NCBI GenBank assembly: GCA_039630415.1
Contig: JBCNVB010000026.1
Span: 1 to 64,000 of the forward strand
From: a bacterium
GTDB lineage: Bacteria; DRYD01
Direction of reading: 5' to 3'
DNA: 64,000 nucleotides
Each line of letters starts with the position of its first letter. Within the stretch, counting starts at the first letter, position 1. Shown here piece after piece: positions 59,410-64,000 of the stretch. Below the pieces are notes generated by a model that saw nothing but the letters and a program-made list of their open reading frames with translations, ran no database searches and was not told the DNA's origin. The translations under genes and the position numbers were made by a program.

Positions 59410-60097
59410 TGGATTAAAAGTAAACTTATGGGACTTATATTTCAAAGTTTATAACTTTTTTCTCTTTGATAGTATTTGTAGCTTTTGCAAATCGTTTTGT
59501 TTGAATGGAATATGCAATGATTGTTTGAAAATTTTCATAGATAGGGCTAGAGTAACGAAGTTACCTTCTCTAGTTTTTGAGAAAACTCTCGGAAAGGTTT
59601 ATTTTGATAATTTAATCTTTATTTTTAATTATGAAGATTTTAGAGATTTTATGATTCTTTACAAGTTTGGTGGTAGAATTGATTTTGTAAAGTATTTAAG
59701 TTTGTTTTTAAGTTACGACGTTTTTGAAGGATACGATTTGTATACTTTTGTACCAAATCATGAAGGTTATAGTAATTTTATTTGTGTTCATTATCTTTCA
59801 GCAAAATATGGTATTAGATTTGTTAGTTTTTTGGATATAAATCCTAAAAATAAAAAGAAGCAACATTTAGTAGAAGATAGGAAAGAGAGGATTTCAAACG
59901 TAAGAGATAAATTTTTTGTAAAAGGGGGTATGGATAAACTGTTGGTTAAGCTCGTAAATGGAAAGGTATTAATTTTTGATGATATTTGCACTACTGGTAG
60001 TACAATTAATGAGGTATCTAGGGTTTTGAAGAGGATCAATAAGGATTTAAGGATTGATTGTTTAGTTATATGCAAAGCTATGACTAAATTGGGGTAG
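59366..60097 (+). CDS. comF: ComF family phosphoribosyltransferase-like protein (start uncertain)
   Basis: CSFC..CNDC, YKF, ERISNV, IFDDICTTGST. Confidence 0.8.
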   Translation: MKVTIKQMSISRYLNGLKVNLWDLYFKVYNFFLFDSICSFCKSFCLNGICNDCLKIFIDRARVTKLPSLVFEKTLGKVYFDNLIFIFNYEDFRDFMILYKFGGRIDFVKYLSLFLSYDVFEGYDLYTFVPNHEGYSNFICVHYLSAKYGIRFVSFLDINPKNKKKQHLVEDRKERISNVRDKFFVKGGMDKLLVKLVNGKVLIFDDICTTGSTINEVSRVLKRINKDLRIDCLVICKAMTKLG

Positions 60098-60103
60098 TAG
60101 GGG

Positions 60104-62182
60104 GTGTCGAAGATGTTTGAATTATCTAAGTGGGCTAAAGAAATTTTGAGATTTGTTTCGATAAAATCGCAGTTTGTATTGGAGGGTAATGTTTATGATA
60201 TTTATCCTATAGAGGTTTCTCTAGTGGTTTCTAGTGTTGGTGATAGTCAGGTAGCTAGTTCCACATTGTCTACTGATCAAGGGAATCAGACACATAGTGG
60301 GCAAATGCAGTCGGGACAACCGGTATCAGGACATATGGTGTCAGGGCAGATGCCAAGCGGTCAAATGTCAGGAGTACAAATGTCGGGTATGCAGGGGCAA
60401 GTAGCTGTTGTACCACAGGTTAGTTCTTTACAAAACCCTCAAAAACAAGTCATAATAGTTAAGTTAGTAGATTTTATTGCTTCTCTACTTACAGAGTATG
60501 AAAAATATGATTTAATAGTTTCTTTTGAACCTATTTTTGGTTTTAAATTAGTCAAAGGAAAGGAAGAGGATTTCAAAAAGTTTGTAAAGGAGAATCCAAA
60601 TAAGGATGGATATGTACCTGCTATTTTGTCTAGAGCTTATGAGTGCATAGAAGGAATGGTAAAAACTAATGAAATGCACGTTGCAATAATTTTGAATTTT
60701 GCTAGTAGATTGAGGGAGATTGCTGAGAAAGATATCAATGAATTTTTATACAAGATGTTCAGATTATCTATAAATTCTACTCCTAAGATAGCATCAACAA
60801 ATACTACTAGACAGCCTAAATACAACGTTGTATTTTTGCTAGTGGATAAAGAAACTGATTTACCTGCTTGGTATTGTGTGGATAATCATAAGGTTAAGGT
60901 GATATCTATTCCTAGACCTGATAATATTGTAAGAAGAACGATAATAGAATCGGTACTACCGAGATTGGATGGTTATGAAAGAATAAAGGATGATCATAAT
61001 AAGAAGGAAGAGATTATTGATTTGTTTATAGATAATACGCATAAGATGTTTGGTTCAGAGATAGTTGGTATAGCTTCTTTGGCTAAGAAGGAAGGTATAG
61101 ATGTAAATGATATAGCTGAGGCGGTGAGAAGATATAGGGTAGGTGTAAAAGATAATCCATGGAATAAGTTGAATTGGAATGATATAATAAATGCTGAGGA
61201 GATACTAAAGAGAAGAGTAAAAGGCCAGGATAAGGCTATAAGGAAAGCTTGTGAAATCATAAGAAGGTCTTTTTTTGATATATCTGGTTCTCAGTTTGGT
61301 ATAGGTTCATCTAGGCCTAAGGGAGTTATGTTTTTTGCTGGTCCTACGGGTGTGGGTAAAACAGAGCTTGCTAAAGCTATTACGGAGTTAGTTTTCGGTA
61401 ATCAAAGTAGCTATATAAGGTTTGACATGTCGGAGTATTCTAAAGAGCATACTGATCAGAGGTTAATAGGTGCTCCACCGGGGTATGTTGGTTATGATGC
61501 GGGTGGTCAGCTTACTAATGCTATAAAGCAGAACCCATTTTCTATCGTTTTGTTTGATGAGATAGAAAAGGCGCATCCTAGGATATTGGATATTTTCCTG
61601 CAGATCTTGGATGAAGGTAGACTTACATCGGGTAGGGGAGAAACTGTATACTTTACTGAGTGTATCATTATCTTTACTTCAAATCTAGGAATTTATGATA
61701 TGGATGCTAGTGGTAATAAAATTATTCGTGTGTCACCTGAAATGCCGTATGAGCAAGTGGAGCATGAGATAAGGAATTTCATTCAGGATTACTTTAAGTT
61801 TAGGATAAATAGACCAGAGATACTTAATAGGATAGGGGAGAACATAATAGTTTTTGATTTTATTCGTCCTGAATCTGCAAAACTGATTTTTGAGAAGATG
61901 ATAAATAACGTGAAACATAGGCTTTATGATACGAGAAAGTTGAGGATAGAAATTTCGCCTGAGGTTTATGAATTTGTTCAAAATTATTGTACTAAGGATT
62001 TGACTATGGGTGGTAGGGGTATTGGAAATAAGATTGAAGAGATTCTTGTTAATCCTCTGTCTACTCTTCTTTTTAAGCTTAATCCAAGAGAAGGACAGGT
62101 TGTTGAAGTATATAATATCTATCAAACCAAGTTAGGGTGGGAACTTGAGGGTAAAATAAAGGATGTTGTTGCAACTATATAG
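60104..62182 (+). CDS. ClpB-D2-like AAA+ ATPase with divergent N-terminus and low-complexity insert
   Basis: RVKGQDKA, AGPTGVGKTELAK, RFDMSEY, LIGAPPGYVGY, LFDEIEKAH, RPEILNR; no intact first AAA module seen. Confidence 0.85.
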   Translation: MSKMFELSKWAKEILRFVSIKSQFVLEGNVYDIYPIEVSLVVSSVGDSQVASSTLSTDQGNQTHSGQMQSGQPVSGHMVSGQMPSGQMSGVQMSGMQGQVAVVPQVSSLQNPQKQVIIVKLVDFIASLLTEYEKYDLIVSFEPIFGFKLVKGKEEDFKKFVKENPNKDGYVPAILSRAYECIEGMVKTNEMHVAIILNFASRLREIAEKDINEFLYKMFRLSINSTPKIASTNTTRQPKYNVVFLLVDKETDLPAWYCVDNHKVKVISIPRPDNIVRRTIIESVLPRLDGYERIKDDHNKKEEIIDLFIDNTHKMFGSEIVGIASLAKKEGIDVNDIAEAVRRYRVGVKDNPWNKLNWNDIINAEEILKRRVKGQDKAIRKACEIIRRSFFDISGSQFGIGSSRPKGVMFFAGPTGVGKTELAKAITELVFGNQSSYIRFDMSEYSKEHTDQRLIGAPPGYVGYDAGGQLTNAIKQNPFSIVLFDEIEKAHPRILDIFLQILDEGRLTSGRGETVYFTECIIIFTSNLGIYDMDASGNKIIRVSPEMPYEQVEHEIRNFIQDYFKFRINRPEILNRIGENIIVFDFIRPESAKLIFEKMINNVKHRLYDTRKLRIEISPEVYEFVQNYCTKDLTMGGRGIGNKIEEILVNPLSTLLFKLNPREGQVVEVYNIYQTKLGWELEGKIKDVVATI
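60296..60400 (+). repeat. Degenerate 15-bp coding repeat (SGQMx pentapeptide, about 7 copies)
   Basis: SGQMQ SGQPV SGHMV SGQMP SGQMS GVQMS GMQGQ; locally GC-richer than the flanks. Confidence 0.8.
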
Positions 62183-62957
62183 ATTGGTGGTTTTATTGCT
62201 TTTTTTAGTATTTATAAATTTATTATGTTTAGCAAATGATAGTAGAATAGAGGGTTCTTTTTATTATAATCAGTTTAATCCTTCTAGTGTATATGGTAAT
62301 AATAAAGTTTATAGTTTGAAGTATTATAAAAGGATCAATGAATATCAAACTAATTTTTTGGAATATTACCATAATGATGGCTATAATGAAAGGACATCTT
62401 CTTTATTAGTCTGGGGAATGTATAAGGATTGGAATGAGAATTTATATACTTACTCTACAATTTCAGCTGGTACAAAAAGTGATATTATACCTAAATTTAG
62501 AATTCATAATGAATTTAACTATAAGTTAGGGAAAAACAAAAACTTTGTGCTTACGCTTGGTTTGTCCTACACGAAATACCACAATAATTATGAGGACTTT
62601 AGTTTTATATATGGGTTTTCTTTCTATTTTAGTGGTGGTGTTTTTACCTATAAGAGATTTAGCAGTAATATTAATCCTGGAAGTACAAATCCGAGTACAA
62701 ATCTTCTAAGTTTAGGATTAGGTAATGAGAAAAAGATGTGGTTGTATTTGGATTATAGCTTTGGTAATCAATCATATTTGATTAGTAATGTGTATTCATT
62801 ACCCTTTATATTTGATGAGGATTTTCGTTTCTATAAAATAAGTTACAGAACTTGGATGCGTAATAATCTTGGATTAATTCTTGAGTATGATTATTTAGAT
62901 CTAAAAAATTCATATATCAAGAATGGTATTATGATAGGTTTGTTCTATGAGTTATGA
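62163..62957 (+). CDS. YaiO-family outer-membrane beta-barrel protein
   Basis: Signal peptide, amphipathic aromatic-rich strands, YKDWNENLYTYS, SNINPG; upstream of a GT2 gene. Confidence 0.65.
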   Translation: MLLQLYRLVVLLLFLVFINLLCLANDSRIEGSFYYNQFNPSSVYGNNKVYSLKYYKRINEYQTNFLEYYHNDGYNERTSSLLVWGMYKDWNENLYTYSTISAGTKSDIIPKFRIHNEFNYKLGKNKNFVLTLGLSYTKYHNNYEDFSFIYGFSFYFSGGVFTYKRFSSNINPGSTNPSTNLLSLGLGNEKKMWLYLDYSFGNQSYLISNVYSLPFIFDEDFRFYKISYRTWMRNNLGLILEYDYLDLKNSYIKNGIMIGLFYEL

Positions 62958-63759
62958 TAAAGAATTTGAAAAAATGAAAAATGATTTAATAAGGTATATT
63001 CAATTTCACAGATTTGGTAGAAAAATACATTTAAATTGGTTTTACTGTTTATTTAGTTTTATTCTAGTTTTACTTGTGGATATTTTGCTATTCATTAATT
63101 ACTATGAGAAAATTAATGAATTTTTTATTGATTTTTTTTCTAGATACTTTGATGAATTTAAGATTGAGCACTATTGTTTGAATATGATGGTGTATGAGAT
63201 TGATTTCAATTATTTAGTTATTTTTTCAAGATACCCTAACAATTATGATATTCTTTGGGCTGTTTTATTATGGGGTGGTGTTGGAATATTATTATTTTTA
63301 TATAGAAAAAAAATATTACCATTCCTGTTATGGTATCTTATGTTTTTTATTCCTCTGATTTTTTCTATCATTTATTTTACTTTTTTTAGCTCCTATTTCC
63401 CTTACACCACTTCTGATTTTTCAATTTTGTATTTTTTACTTCATTATGGAATAGTATTTTTTATGTTGTTACTTGTTAACTTTCTTATTTCATTGTTTAC
63501 GATAGTTGGGTGGCAAGTAGTATTCAACTTATTTTTCTCAATCTTTCTAATTTGGTATTCTGTTGTTTTTAGTTATTTGAGATACTTAATTTTTCTGCTA
63601 ATTTTGAATAAATTTTCCTACTTGTATATGGCAAGTTTATTTTTTACATTTGGTCCACTTTTGGATTTTGTCTATGTGGTGTCGTTTTATTCTGTATACT
63701 TATCTTATATTATGAAAATTATTTTTAAGGACAATACTTTATGGAGGTTTTTACTGTAG
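62947..63759 (+). CDS. Hypothetical multi-pass membrane protein
   Basis: About 6-7 hydrophobic helices; overlaps both neighbours. Confidence 0.75.
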   Translation: MSYDKEFEKMKNDLIRYIQFHRFGRKIHLNWFYCLFSFILVLLVDILLFINYYEKINEFFIDFFSRYFDEFKIEHYCLNMMVYEIDFNYLVIFSRYPNNYDILWAVLLWGGVGILLFLYRKKILPFLLWYLMFFIPLIFSIIYFTFFSSYFPYTTSDFSILYFLLHYGIVFFMLLLVNFLISLFTIVGWQVVFNLFFSIFLIWYSVVFSYLRYLIFLLILNKFSYLYMASLFFTFGPLLDFVYVVSFYSVYLSYIMKIIFKDNTLWRFLL

Positions 63760-64000
63760 AGGGTGTTAAAATTGCTATAAAAGGTTACTTAGTATTTTTA
63801 ATGATTGTATTGAGTATATATTCTCTAAGACACATTATATTCACTTTAAATAGGGTTTTTTCTAGTCAAAGGTTATACTATCAGGATATAATCGATAGCG
63901 ATTTACCTATGGTAAGTGTACTAATACCTATGCACAATGAAGAAAAAGTTGTGCATAATATAGTCAGATCATTAATAAATTCTGACTATCCTGCAGATAG
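63741..64000 (+). CDS. Membrane GT2 glycosyltransferase (IcaA/YaiP/cellulose-synthase-like), 5' part, truncated by the window end
   Basis: Not in the ORF track; manual translation MEVFTVEG..(TM)..LPMVSVLIPMHNEEKVV..SDYPAD. Confidence 0.85.
   Translation, partial: MEVFTVEGVKIAIKGYLVFLMIVLSIYSLRHIIFTLNRVFSSQRLYYQDIIDSDLPMVSVLIPMHNEEKVVHNIVRSLINSDYPAD

Overview
AT-rich, very densely coded bacterial chromosome segment with shuffled gene order. TrmI, an extended RNase P P1 helix and an archaeal-type ATPase suggest a thermophile, and a YaiO-like barrel suggests a diderm; the lineage cannot be assigned from sequence alone. It holds about 55 CDSs, tRNA-Lys(CTT) and an RNase P RNA. I saw no CRISPR array, rRNA, IS element or prophage. 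The content is mostly housekeeping: Feo/Znu metal uptake, sugar-nucleotide enzymes, tRNA modification, icd-mdh-citrate synthase, ribosomal proteins, ffh, efp, lepA, yidC-jag, recJ, radA, pilB/pilT/comF, and the start of a YaiO/GT2 glycan export locus. Several core genes are structurally unusual. (1) After nuoH, NuoI is split: its N-terminal arm is fused to a GltD-like FAD/NAD(H) Fe-S oxidoreductase and its 2x[4Fe-4S] half is a separate gene, a candidate new electron-input module for complex I. (2) CcdA appears circularly permuted. (3) The RNase P RNA is reduced (no L15/P16/P17) and overlaps both neighbouring CDSs. (4) EF-P has IAQA instead of PGKG. (5) There is a PIN-less archaeal PINA-like ATPase, a P-loop-less YchF and a TPR pseudokinase. 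All calls come from manual motif reading, not database searches.
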